Assembly: GCA_965235115.1 (NCBI GenBank)
Contig: OZ249443.1
Coordinates: 9,424,001 to 9,488,000 of the forward strand
Origin: Laetmonice hystrix
Lineage: Eukaryota
Reading direction: 5' to 3'
Length of the DNA stretch: 64,000 nucleotides
A program made the position numbers and the translations under genes. The notes below the pieces were generated by a model. The model was not told where the DNA came from. It made no database searches and was given only the letters and a program-made list of their open reading frames with translations. Below are positions 38,943 through 51,300 of this stretch, one piece after another; the first letter of the stretch is position 1, and the number at the start of each line of letters is the position of its first letter.

Positions 38943-40512
38943 CACTATAGCTCAGTAAGACAAAATAGTGGCGGCTAATAAGACAAAACAAAAATTGCAA
39001 CAAAAATACCTACATAACATTCCTAGATGTGACCAAAGCATACGATAAGGCATGGATCGATGCCATCATGTTCATACTTCACAAACAAGGATGCACAGGA
39101 GCCACCTGGAACCTAATAGATAAACTCAACAATAACCTAACAGCTACAATAAGAACATCCCACGGCAACACCAGACCCATAAAAATAAGAGATAGCATAA
39201 GACAAGGTGGAGTCCTAGCGGTCACCCAATACGCCACACTCATGGACGAAATCAACAAGGAAATAATCAAAGCCAAAGAACTCCAGGAAACCAACATCGA
39301 CAAGAACTCAATCTGCCTCCTGTGGGTAGATGATGTAGTCCTAATAACAAACAACATGGATGACCAAAAGAGACTATTAGCAATAACAAACAGAGTGGCG
39401 AGTGACCTGAGAATAGAATTCGGAAAAGAAAAATCAAAAACTATGACCATAGGTAAGAGAAACCACGACAATATACTAACAATAGGGGACGTTACCATAG
39501 AACCAACAAATAAATACAAGTACCTGGGAGAGACTATTAACAATAAAAACAACATAGACGACCACATCCAAGAGACAGAAAGAAAAACTGAAGCAGCACT
39601 ACAAACCATCCTACAGATAGCAGAAGACGACAACTTCAAAGGCATAGAGATGGAAACCATATGGACACTAGTGAAAACATGCATAATCCCGATAATAACA
39701 TATGGAGCTGAAACATGGACCATAAACCGAACCCAAATGAAAAAACTGAATACAATCCTCGACAACATAATAAAAAGACTCCTAAGAATACCCCAATCCA
39801 CCCCAAGAGAATGCATATACGAAGAAACCAAACTCCTTGACATTGAACACATAATAGCCACAAAAAAAATTAACTATGCCACCAAACTACAAGGAAATAA
39901 CCTGAAAAGCATGAGACAAATAACCCAAGACAACAACACTAAATCATGGAACCAAAGAACCAGACAACTGGCAGAACAGATGAGCATGGATATACCAAAC
40001 CTCCAAACAATGGGGATACACCAAAGGAAAGAGACAATAAGGAGAATGGCGAAACAACAAATGGAGGAGAAAATGAAGAATGACGGGAGAAACAAATCTA
40101 AGTATATATTCCTAACAACAAACAAGGAAGATGGAAAAAGAACACCGACATACCTACAGGAACTAACAAGGAATCAGGCAAGTGCAATATTCATGGCAAG
40201 AACAAGGATGATAAAAGCCAAAGGAAACTATAAAAACAAATATAATAACCTACAATGTAGGGGGTGTGGCCAAGAAGATGAAACACAACAACACCTTATG
40301 GAAACATGCCCAGGAATACACAAAGACGATGAGACAAAAACCCTGATCTCGCAAATATTCTCGAAAGACATGAACATAGTGCATAAGGCAGCAAAAAACC
40401 TAATAAGAATTAATACCCATCTAAATGAATGGGATACAGCGTAGCCCCACCCCCACAGGGGAACGGGCGTCCCGGCGATCTGGGAAAAACGCACGGAGAA
40501 AAGAAAAGAAAA
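38943..40512 (+). mobile_element. 5'-truncated non-LTR retrotransposon (RTE-group-like; clade unresolved)
   Basis: A-rich strand; RT and C-terminal zinc knuckle; short 3' UTR ending in a (GAAAA)n tail. GGCT(A) flanks both junctions, and the host reading RRL|AKRV rejoins across it. Confidence 0.9.
38972..40444 (+). CDS. LINE ORF2 C-terminal part: RT plus CCHC knuckle (no start codon)
   Basis: LIRQNKN..TYITFLDVTKAYDKAW; DSIRQGGVL; CLLWVDDV; YKYLGE; PIITYGAETW; CRGCGQEDETQQHLMETC; open to TAG at 40442-40444. Confidence 0.9.
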   Translation, partial: RLIRQNKNCNKNTYITFLDVTKAYDKAWIDAIMFILHKQGCTGATWNLIDKLNNNLTATIRTSHGNTRPIKIRDSIRQGGVLAVTQYATLMDEINKEIIKAKELQETNIDKNSICLLWVDDVVLITNNMDDQKRLLAITNRVASDLRIEFGKEKSKTMTIGKRNHDNILTIGDVTIEPTNKYKYLGETINNKNNIDDHIQETERKTEAALQTILQIAEDDNFKGIEMETIWTLVKTCIIPIITYGAETWTINRTQMKKLNTILDNIIKRLLRIPQSTPRECIYEETKLLDIEHIIATKKINYATKLQGNNLKSMRQITQDNNTKSWNQRTRQLAEQMSMDIPNLQTMGIHQRKETIRRMAKQQMEEKMKNDGRNKSKYIFLTTNKEDGKRTPTYLQELTRNQASAIFMARTRMIKAKGNYKNKYNNLQCRGCGQEDETQQHLMETCPGIHKDDETKTLISQIFSKDMNIVHKAAKNLIRINTHLNEWDTA

Positions 40513-41604
40513 GGCTAGCGAAGCGGGTTAAGCGAGAATGTGTTGCCTGCCGCAGGCAAGATACCAAAGCCTGCACACAGCCGTGTGGACCACTCCCATC
40601 GGAGAGAGTCACCGAAGCCCCCCCCGTTTTCGGTGACGGGCCTAGACTTTGCAGGGCCGTTGTTTGTTCATGATTTGCCAGGGCGGAAACTTTACTTCCT
40701 CCTGTTCACGTGTGCAGTGGTCCGAGCTGTCCACATAGAACTCGTTGACTCAATGTCACTTGAAGATTGTGTACTTGCCATTCGCCGGTTTTGTGCACGC
40801 AGAGGAAAAGTAGACACTTTCTATTCAGACAATGCCAAAACGTTTGTTGCTGCATCCAAGGTTGTTCAGACCCAGTTTGGCCTCCAAGCCCCAAAGTGGA
40901 AATTCATTGTGCCTCGCTCGCCTTGGTGGGGAGGCTGGTGGGAAAGGTTAGTTCGTTCAGTGAAGGGTGCCCTGAAGAAGTCTTTGGGTACTCGTTGTCT
41001 TTCTCGGATAGAACTCGAAACATGTTTACAGGAGGTTGAAGCCTGCATCAACTCCAGGCCTCTCACATTTGTTGGGGACGAAAGGGACAGCCCTACCCCC
41101 CTCACACCCTCTCATTTCCTGATCGGAAGAGGTGCTGGGGTCCTGCTAGAGATTGATAATGAGGCGCTCAAATCTGTATCCCCCTCCTTGTTCAGAGAAA
41201 GGTACACACTAGTACAACAGCGGTTGGAGTTGTTTTGGAGTAGATGGCGAAATGAATACCTCCGCAACCTCCCCACTTCTGTTAGAGGTACAAAGGGACG
41301 GTGTGACCTAAAGGTCGGTTCTGTGGTGCTAGTACAAGATGATCAAAGACCACGTATGAAGTGGCCTCTTGGTGTTGTATGTGAACTGTATCCTGGATCC
41401 GATGGGATCGTTCGAAGTGTGCGGGTGAAAACAACCAAAGGTGAACTCACTCGATCAGTGCAAAGGTTGCATGACCTCGAGATTGTTGAGCCTGTCAAAG
41501 ATGCTTGTGTTCCAGTACAGGAACCCCCAAATAAGACTGAAGTCACAGTCACCAGAAGCGGTCGTAGTGTCAAACCAAAGGTATTCGACGGGTTTCAAAT
41601 GTAA
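40513..41604 (+). CDS. BEL/Pao integrase and C-terminal domain (continuation of Gag-Pol; +1 frameshift in C8 run at 40618-40625)
   Basis: LAKRVKRECVACRR..PCGPLPSERVTEAPP / FSVTGLDFAGP..SDNAKTF..PWWGGWWERLV..INSRPLT..LTPSHFL..FWSRWRNEYL..KWPLG. Confidence 0.9.
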
Positions 41605-42015
41605 TGGTTCTTACTTTAAAGAAGTAATTTATTTACTTCAGATTTAGTGGGCGTTGAGTGCCAAATATCATGTAACAGACTCCTGATAGTTTGGGGTAGA
41701 GCTTATACAGCCCACCTTAGTTACGTAGAAGCGTCAATTTAATTGGTAATTAATAGTTAGTTTATTTGGTTTCTTCAGCCTCTCGTGTGCGGTTTCATGT
41801 ATAACGAATAAAGGAGGTTAGAAGAGTTTACCCTGAGTATGTAAACAAAGGAAACCTGATAGAGCTGTGTTTAAAATTTAATATATAGACGGTCCGAGTG
41901 ACCTACATCACAGACGGTTAACAGGACAGATAAATATAGACTTCCTAATAGCATTGTGACATTACTTATCATAAACCAGTATTATTGGTATGCATGTTGG
42001 TGTTATCACAACCCC

Positions 42016-42028
42016 AAGGTGGGGAGTA
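42016..42028 (+). promoter_or_regulatory. Polypurine tract
   Basis: AAGGTGGGGAGTA immediately before the TG of the 3' LTR. Confidence 0.75.
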
Positions 42029-42211
42029 TGTAGCAGACTGCGGGACACCCGCGACCAGTGCTGCCACCTGTTGGTGGAGGAAAGGTGGAACTCTTTAGAA
42101 ATAAAGGAAAAAAGGGAGGTGGAGAAATATGGCGGTTAAACAGACGGTGTTTGTGGTTTCTTAAGTTCAAGTCGACCTGTGTGTGAGGATCGGTGGAAAT
42201 TCTCGGGAACA
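42029..42211 (+). repeat. 3' LTR, 183 bp
   Basis: TGTAGCAG...GGGAACA, follows the PPT. Confidence 0.9.
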
Positions 42212-42784
42212 GATATTGTGCTTTCATTTTACACGGGGTTAGATTGGAACTAGAAGTTGTTCTAACACAGGCAAAGAAAGCCTCACACGAGATCGACAGC
42301 CATCACAGAGAACCCTGTACAGAGGTCAAGGCGATGCACGAGAAGCGAGAGATTAACTCTTATCGACTGAAGCCAGCGGGAGCCGAGGAAATCCGTGATG
42401 GCGATTGGGTCTTATCGTCAACTTTGTCCAGCCTCTGTCGACATAGGGGTGGGTTCACGACTTCCAAAGCCGCGGGGGTTGGGGCAAATGCCAGCTAGAC
42501 AGCAGGCCAAGACCATGAAGGCTGCGACCTCTCGCTGGGCAAAGATAATTGATTCAGACCTGCCTCACCAGAGGGCGTTCAAAGACCAAGAGTGTCCTCT
42601 AGTGAGGGATGTACGTACTAACGGTTCTGCCATTCCCGAATCGGCCAGTTGGCTTGGTTCAGTGTTCAACTAAGGGATGAAGATGAAGTTTTCGTAGGCC
42701 AATATCCTTTCTCCGTGCGAAAAAAGGATTATAAAATCGTACGAATTCGTTTAGAAGAAATGGGATTTTGAAATTGTTACTCAG

Positions 42785-43200
42785 GACGCGCGTCGTCTCA
42801 CGAAACGACGCGCGTCATCTCACGAAAGAGCGCGCTATCTGGGCCCGGTTCTTTTGTCTACTTTTCCACCGTGAGCAATGGTGAGCTGACCTGAGCAAGG
42901 GTGAGCATGAGCTCATGCTCACCGTTTTGCTCACCGTTTTCGTTTTTCCCCTTTTCCCCCAAAAAAGCTTGCTCACCATGAGCATGCCTCACGTAACCCC
43001 TTGCTCAGCTCAGTTCACCATTGCTCACGGTGGAAAAGTATAGACAAAAGAACCGGTCCCTGGGCTTCCCGACGGGCGTCTTGAGTGAGACGACGCGCGT
43101 CGTGAGTTTTGAAACAGATGGCACGTTTCAAAAGTCAGAACGCGCGTCATCTCACGAAACGACGCGCGTCGTGAGTTTTGAAACAGATGGCACGGCATAC
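42785..43200 (+). mobile_element. Terminal fragment of the GACGCGCGTC-rich TIR family
   Basis: Matches the reverse complement of 10951-11070 and the direct sequence at 16725-16844. Confidence 0.8.
42842..43059. mobile_element. 218-bp Harbinger-like MITE with CTG TSD
   Basis: TIR GG(C/A)CCGGTTCTTTTGTCTA..TTTTCCACCGTGAGCAATGGTGA; CTG at 42839-41 and 43060-62. The empty site GCGCTATCTGGGCTTCCC is present in the paralogous copy near 11020 (minus strand). Confidence 0.9.
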
Positions 43201-44539
43201 ACCCGATAACGTTTTGATTCACACCTACCACACCAGGGGGCGCTCAACGACCCAGAGCGTCCTCTAGTAATGCACAATACGCACTAGCGGATATGGATTT
43301 CCAGAAAAGGTCTATCGGCTTGGTTCGGAAACAGTTGTGTGATTTCGTCTATACTATTCTTGTATTTTATTGTTAGTCCTATATGTATAGTTCTATTATC
43401 GCTGTTCGTCAGTCCGCTTTTGGCATATCGTGATAAAACTTACTGCGCGGTGTGACGTTACTTAACTCGGTTATGACGTCTAACACGCTTGGTGGGAATG
43501 GTAATGTTTCTAGGGTTTCTGGAAGAGTCAGAGTAAAACTTTTGATATGTCGCATACTGACATGCCATTTGTTTTTTTGTTTTTTTGCTCTTATATTTGA
43601 CCCCTGACCTATATATTTGCTCATTATTGTCACAGGAAGACAATGACAATTGTCGAGTTCAGTTTTGAAGAGATCACGCCATGAGTTTAAGACTCCTGAC
43701 GTCAAACAGACTTCAGCTCCTTAGTCAAAACAAATAGGCCTAACTCGAGAGAAACTAGTTTGATGGAGCTGACTTAATTTATGAATGGTACCTTAAGAAA
43801 TTTTCATTACGATTTTGACTGTGATCTTTAATGTAAATTGTGAGGGTCGCGTGAGCTTAAAGTTGGGTTAAACGGCCAAATTACAGGCAGTATTTTCTTT
43901 TATATCCAGATTTAAAGGTGTCTAAAAAGGACTCCGTTAATTAATTGAATGTACCATTGTAAATATGATTCATATAATTGATGTGTATGGATCAACTAAA
44001 AGATGAAATGACACTTTCCAAAAAACACTTTAATCTTTAATATGCTAAACATAGCAATTATTTCGTGTAATTGTATCTGCAATTATTAGGTGTAATCGTA
44101 ATCCGTTTCTACCCCATCATCAAAGAACCGTGTTGCAGTGATAATCTGTACCACTGAAAGCACGAGCCTAATCTACTTACAGAGCATTCACTTTTACAGA
44201 CTACAGAATGAAGGAAACAAACCCATACATGTTATTTGATTGCCTGTATTTGGTTATATGTATTTTTTGTACTCGGAGTACACAAGAGTGTGTATCTCTG
44301 CATTATGATAGTTCTTCTATTATATACTATAAAACTGTATATGAATGGAAAAATAAAAGACGGAACAATTGATAGGCATTCTATACTTATATTCATTTCA
44401 TGTTTGCAAAAGCATCTCAGAGATTGGAATCGCACTGCCGTTAGTTGGAGACTCCGTCCTCGTCTTACAGTAACGCATACTTTGGTCGTCTACAAAATTG
44501 ACTTCAGTTTCGAGGATGTACCGAAAGGCCCCGCCAGGC

Positions 44540-44682
44540 TTGCCAATTCCTCCAAGTAGAGGCACGGGTTAAGGTGAGGCGACCGTCAAGTATTGCCGGG
44601 CAATACGACCACACAATCTGACGACAGAGGGCAGTGGAAGCTTCTCTCCACGACATCACGCCATCTAGGAATAGATTAAGGT
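44540..44682 (+). mobile_element. Possible RTE-like LINE 3' end
   Basis: DRGQWKLLSTTSRHLGID* resembles the DR..W C-terminus of RTE ORFs. Confidence 0.3.
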
Positions 44683-47600
44683 CAAAAGTGTAAAATGACT
44701 TAAAGAAGGAAACTGTCTGCTAAAAGCCTTTAATAATCTGGTAGGTTCTTTTCTGGATGTTGTGTTTTATTTTTTCGGTTTTTGTTTTTCTCATTTAACA
44801 TGAGGAAATGGCATGTAAATATTCTTCTGTAGCATGATCTGGTCCTCTTGACAGCAGATGTCTGGTTTAAACACATGGCTGACAACTTTTTAAACTTTAA
44901 TTACTGTAACTTGTATTTCTGGTTATTATCGCGATGTCTTAGAATGACGTCATACCTAATAACCACGTGACCTGCTGACGAACGGGAACGGAATGTCTGT
45001 GGGAGAGAAGGGCAAAATCATTTATTATAAATATATACCCATTACCTCTGATACAGCTACTCTGCATAACCATATACCCCTAGAAGTTGGCAGATTCCTA
45101 TACAGCCCGTTACAGACTCTTTCGAAATAAATAAAGGGCTACATGGAAGAGTAGGAGTGTACATGTAAATGGGCGATAGGAACATCAAATTAAAATTTGA
45201 CTTTTATTAAAATTTCCACTATTGTTATATCGTAGGTGATCTGTTTAAATATTATTTAAAGAGTAGCATAAGAAAACGACACATTTAGGTAAAAAGGTGC
45301 AAAGAGTTAGACTGAGACATTGTTAAGAACCCAAGGCAACGCATNNNNNNNNNNNNNNNNNNNNNNNNNNNNNNNNNNNNNNNNNNNNNNNNNNNNNNNN
45401 NNNNNNNNNNNNNNNNNNNNNNNNNNNNNNNNNNNNNNNNNNNNNNNNNNNNNNNNNNNNNNNNNNNNNNNNNNNNTATATAATATATTATATCTGCACA
45501 ACACTGCGGCACCTTCTTACTTCTCGCAGTCAAAGTGAACGACCAGAAATACATTGAAATTATAATTTTAAAAAATGAAAGTATATGAATATATTATGTA
45601 TGAATTTTCATCCATATTGTACAAAACTATGCCTGTGAATGTTCGTGCAATATAGAAGAGAGTAGCAGCCTCGCCTGAGAATCAGCGCGGATTCATTGAG
45701 CATTTATAAATTGGTGCAAATGACGAATGTAATACTATTGAAGCCACTGTAAATCACACAACTGACGTACATATCGTCATTTGAACCATTTATACTCGAC
45801 ATCTCGATATCTGCGTATTCTGCGTAGTACTCGTTAACGCATTTGTCTTTGACACATAATAAAAAGACAATATTTCATATCTCATTACATAAAGAAAGGT
45901 GTCAATTACATTTCCATATAATCCTGAATGGAGGTTGCTACCTTATATATCCACATTGCACGAACCACAATGACACTTTCTCACACATAAATATACATTT
46001 GTTAGTGTTTAAGACAAAGGCTAAATGTCAGTGATCATGCCTCCTCTTCATACGATGTATATTTGGTGCTTGCACTAGGTTTTAGTATTTTGAAAAATGA
46101 ACATTTACTGCTTTGAACCGCCTAAGCTCAATCACCCCAACTTTTAATAGAGATCACTTCCGCCATGGAAGTAATATTCGTAACGGGACAAGGGAGAGCT
46201 GGCGATTCGAGTAAATGAATATCTTCAAAATACTCGTAGAGCGATCGAGAAGCAACACGTAGATACCCACGGTTTCCTCCAGGGGGCGCCTTACTCGGCT
46301 AATATGCTGGAAATATCCAAACACAGCTACTTGTACATGGCGAATTTACCAACTTTCACTCTTTCCTTTAACGCGTCCAGAGAACATCATTTTGGGTGGG
46401 CATTTTTAAAAAAGAAACTAAAATGCGACCAGAATGGAATGGAACTGTATGGAATTTTCTCCACCATCTTGGCATACTAAAAGCTACTCGTTTCACAGTC
46501 ATCCCGTGTTCTTCGAAAAAAATCTGCGCAACTTCAAAGGCCATGCCGACGTAAACGTTATGAATCGAACATCGAGGAGAAGAAAATTTCAGGAGGGTTA
46601 TTTTTGCCATCACCGAGGAAAGCGACGTCAATAGTAACGAGGAACGCTGAAGCCTGCACTTCCTCCCAAGGTCATGGCTTCACCTTGGTCAATATTGTGA
46701 GAATTCCAAACATTGGCAAGAGGAAGAGATCATGAAACTCTTCTAATGTACCAATACTACGTACTAACTGATGGTAAGCAGACGCTCAATTAATGCGCGA
46801 TAATTAGGAGGTATGAAGTAATAATTATATCTTCTTTGTCATCATATGGTTTTCTGGTTCTTCTAGAAAAGCCTTTAATCTGCTATAGGCCTACACGATT
46901 TATCAGTCCAAATAAAATAATGAAAATATTGCACATATTCATGTGTACAGCCTTCACAAATCTACACAGCAGCAGGAAACACGAAGGCTCGTTTTTAACG
47001 TCACCGTATTTATATCCATTAATTTTACTCGTCTCCCAGGCGCGATGATTTCAACGTACGCCATTCGCGCACGCTCCGCAAGGATGGGTGACATTCAAGG
47101 CGTTTTGGAGCGAGTATGGTTACAAGGCTTTCTGACCTTTTACTTAAGTAGTCCCTTTATCTGATACGTCATTACGGGATACTTTAAAGTCAGAGAAGGG
47201 CAAGCCAGGCTCACGTATTCGGTACTCAGAGGATAACCTACAGGTTTTAGGAGAATGCCATTCTGACACCCAAGAAAAAATAATGGCAAGCTATTGATGA
47301 GATCTAAAATTATACAGGCTATATTATAGTGATTTACAACATGCGAGAGATTGCTAGACATGCATTGTTAGTCCTGTGAAAAGCTGTGCTTCAACCTGAT
47401 TAACCTGAAGAAAACATACCCGTAGAAGTTATATTTACCACCCTGTTTCGGTTGCTTATTTCTTGATACCTGCTTGATGTGAAGTAAATCGACTTGATAT
47501 AATTATTGTATAATCTTCCCGAAATCACAACAATGGGTAGTATGTACAATACATCCACGTTCTTTGAGGACTTAGCTTTTATTGTAGGCTACCATTGCCG

Positions 47601-48268
47601 CATCAATGAATGGTAACACGACCAGCATGTATCTTCTGAATCGGTGAAAGTGATGGATGTTATCCCTGATCAGTGTTTCTAACAGTCAGCAGCTGACAGA
47701 GGTTTAACTAATGTCTGCGTCCTACAGCTCACGTCAGGTCGTGTCCGTGACGTCATCAATGAGCGATATTGAAGGTTTATATAACGTAATACCGCCCATA
47801 TACAATGTACACGATAGAATGCCTCCTTGGTGACGTCACGATCAGACGACACGGATGGGAGATTACAAACGTTTGACAATGGCACAGAGCCTCAACACAA
47901 AAAGAAATGTCAAAGACGGATTAAACGGATATAGGCCTAACGTCCACGACCCGGATATCACAACCAGGTAATCTGATGGATATATTTTAGATGTATGCAA
48001 TTTGACAAACGTTTTTTTTCTAAAAGTCGATGTTATTGCGGGAGGGGTTGTTGAAAAGGCCTAGAAAAATATATGCGTAATCAGAAGATTGTTTTTACAT
48101 AGAAAGATAAACATAATCCATACAGTCCTTAAAGCTCTACTTCAACATCCAAGACAGTCTTCCTAGTTAATACAAATGGACCTGCCACCACCCTGCTGTC
48201 TTGCCGACATATGAGTTTATGAAATTGAATGATACATGACGTGTGACCGACGACCGTAAGAAACTTAC

Positions 48269-48340
48269 CGTGATCTCGTTTCTGAGCATGACCTTGGAGT
48301 TTGTTCAGGAAATCTAGCACGGCTCTCAGGTTAGTCCTGT
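48269..48340 (-). CDS. 72-nt exon (D)RTNLRAVLDFLNKLQGHAQKRDH
   Basis: Acceptor atgatttcag, consensus donor gtaagt; paralogue of 62573-62644; contains KR. Confidence 0.75.
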
Positions 48341-51300
48341 CTGAAATCATTCCAACAAAACTCCACGTGTAAACACCATGTATACAACGTAATATAATGT
48401 AACTAGCAATAAGTAGAATATGTAATTTATTGAATTTTTATATATCCATGAATCTTCAATTTAAAAATTACCATGATTGGAGTCACGTTCAAGACCAGAA
48501 ATCTCGTTTCTTCCTTCTGAAGCAGAATATTCGGGATGTCACAATAGCAAATATGTGATGGCACAATTTCGCATCAAACGCGGTGACACATAAATGACTG
48601 TATAAACGCACAACTATAACACAGAAAATTATTTGCAACGTCACAATAACATAAACGTGATTGCACAATGACGCATAATTCTTTATGTGAACCCCGTTTC
48701 CCATTCCTCAACATTTTCTTATTATTAGATTGCAATGATTGTGTTATTTCAATTCGAGAGTCCTTTCCAGTTCACCGGAAGGTGGCCACCTATAATTCCT
48801 TGACAAAGAGCTGAGGCGACGAAAGGTGTTTACTGTACAATAGCCAGTTAAACATCAGCCACCAACCAGAACTCCAACAATAGCCGACAGCGGAGACGCT
48901 AACAGTAGCTGTACATAATTATCAGACTTTGTCTCTGGATATTATGGATACTATAATAGTGGGGACTAGGTTCTGCATCTGCTGCATCGCAGGTAATTGT
49001 CAACGTGAGAAATTTAGCATATTACGCGTAAATCAAGCTGACGCGGTGAAAATTATTTTAATTAAGAAAATAGAATTAAAAGAAAGAAAACGATCCGCAT
49101 CACATTTGCCAAAAAATGCTTAAATGCACCACCCCCACCCCCAAAAAGGACAAAGAAATGCTCTTTACTTTAATTATTCAATGACTATAGTATTCACAGA
49201 ATAGCGTTCAACATTGAAAGTACAGACTATCGAATACACAGACAATAAAAGAAAACAAAAAATGAATACGGTATGTTGAATAGGACTAGGTCTGTACCTC
49301 TTTCACCCCGAAGGTGTCGAGCGAATGCTACATGACAGAACAAAAAGGTTAGATATTCATTAAATACCAGACGAACGTAATACATCTATTTCTAGTTAAA
49401 TCTGATTTGCATCTCTTGAGATATATAGTGAGCATAGTTTGGGAATGCTAGGCTACGTAAGTATTCACTGTGTTTCATTGATGTAAACTAATTCAGCACG
49501 AGACTCTGTGTGAAATGCCTGGAATATCGTGCATATATCACAGACACTGCTTGGATGATTTATAAATCTGCGCGGATTACACACAATACCGTCTTTCATA
49601 TTGCAGCTAAAGGCAGATTTCCCTCGGGTAAAGCTGTAGCCTAGGTATCATAGAGTAATCCGTTAGGGGATCCAGTCAACCATTAATAAGATCTTCACTC
49701 ATTATGTGTAAACATTAGGTATCATACTAGGCTTAAAGGGATCCACCTCAGTTACATTGGGTGATATTTTCACAACAGCAAGTTATAACAGTTAGCAGTT
49801 ATACTTTATAATAATGTACAATATAAACAAGGGGCCGATTCGGTATGTACCTTCCACAAGACCAGCATTTCTCACTCACTCACTCACTCCTCCCACTGAC
49901 TCACTGACTGACTCTTAAGGCTTCTAAAGTTATTTTTTTAACCGGTTGGCGAAAGAGGAGTAAATTGAGAACAGGGCCAAGACCAAGCAGAATTCCTGTG
50001 ACACTTTATCATACTAGTTAACAAAATAGAGATATAGAATTGTCCTAACTATCTCTGAGAACGAAGGCGCCGCAGCCCTACCTTCGTTATGTGTCAATTT
50101 TCTGAACGTCATGTGTCCTTGGAATGGGTGGATTAATGAAGTGGTAATTGAATTTAAGTGTTTAACTATAAAAATACTGAACGAATATAGCTCCTGAAGC
50201 GGATATTCGCAGTAATATGACAATACGAAAGGTACAGAAGAAGCACATCAAGAGGAAAAAGTAGAAGCCACTCGTACTCATGACATACTGCCCCTAGACT
50301 TTAGAAGATAAGTTTAATACTTTCGACTCCAATAACACCGTGGTAAATATTTAGCATTAAGTGCTAAACCCACCAAGGCGATTCCCCTTGCGACGGCCAT
50401 GCGGTTTTTGATTTAATGGTGGAATTTCACTCTGAAATTTTTCCGGGCTGGCCTTCTCCGTTTCAGGAAATGGGTTCCATCCTTTAATCTCAAAATTACA
50501 GTAAAATAAAAGGGTGATGTCAAAATCGCATGGGCGTCGCAAGGGGAATCGCCTTTGTGGGTTCAGCACTTTAAGTCTAGCATGTGTAGAATATTGAGAC
50601 GATATATGCCGATAATGAAGATTAAGTAATAGTTGACCAACATAACAACAAAGACCACGTACCTTCCTGTCGCTTGATTGTTCTGTAGGGCACGGGGCCA
50701 TCTGTCGTGGACAAACACATATGTATGATGAAACGTTTGCTATCTCATAAAATACAACCCACTCATCAAAACGTGTCAGCAGAGACTTCTTTCCGTTTTC
50801 GTGTTTAACTGAACAATATTTTTATATGGAACGCTTTGAGACAAGGAGGTGACCTCGCATCTTTAACATGAACGTGACGTCATGAAATATAACAAAAATT
50901 AATCATTCTCTCTGGATACATTCAAGAGAACCTTTTTTTCAGACAAGGCTGTACATCCGCGCGCACTATTTGTCCATACAAATGACTTGTGCCAAAACAA
51001 AGAATAACCTTTATAATACATATACTGTACATTAATTCAGAAGAAGGTTCCGCCTACATTTTCCATGTCGTATACCGATGATCCACTTTGATAATTTCCT
51101 TTTGATTCTCCTGACATATTATGTACTTAAGCATCGAGACTATACCGTCCGGGTTAGTAGGTTTCCCATGCCGTGTCAGTCTCAGTGATTCTTGGTATAT
51201 TAGTGGCGACCTGCTCCCCTTCCCCGGAGAAAGTCAAAGCAACATAAAAATGGTCCATAAAAATAGGGAAGAAATGCGACCTCCCTTCCTGTAGAATGCG

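Larger units (their letters stand above)
34470..42211 (+). mobile_element. BEL/Pao LTR retrotransposon, interrupted by a LINE
   Basis: 5' LTR 34470-34629 is identical to 42052-42211. The full 3' LTR is 42029-42211 (TGT...ACA). PBS and PPT are present, and gag-pol has the BEL/Pao domain order. Confidence 0.95.

Noticed and set aside
38943-38970. CACTA/EnSpm transposon
   Set aside because: Only 28 bp with 6-bp inverted ends and no proper TSD; better explained as LINE junction filler.
39079-40125. Hydrophobic minus-strand ORFs that look like membrane proteins
   Set aside because: Antisense to the A-rich LINE ORF2.
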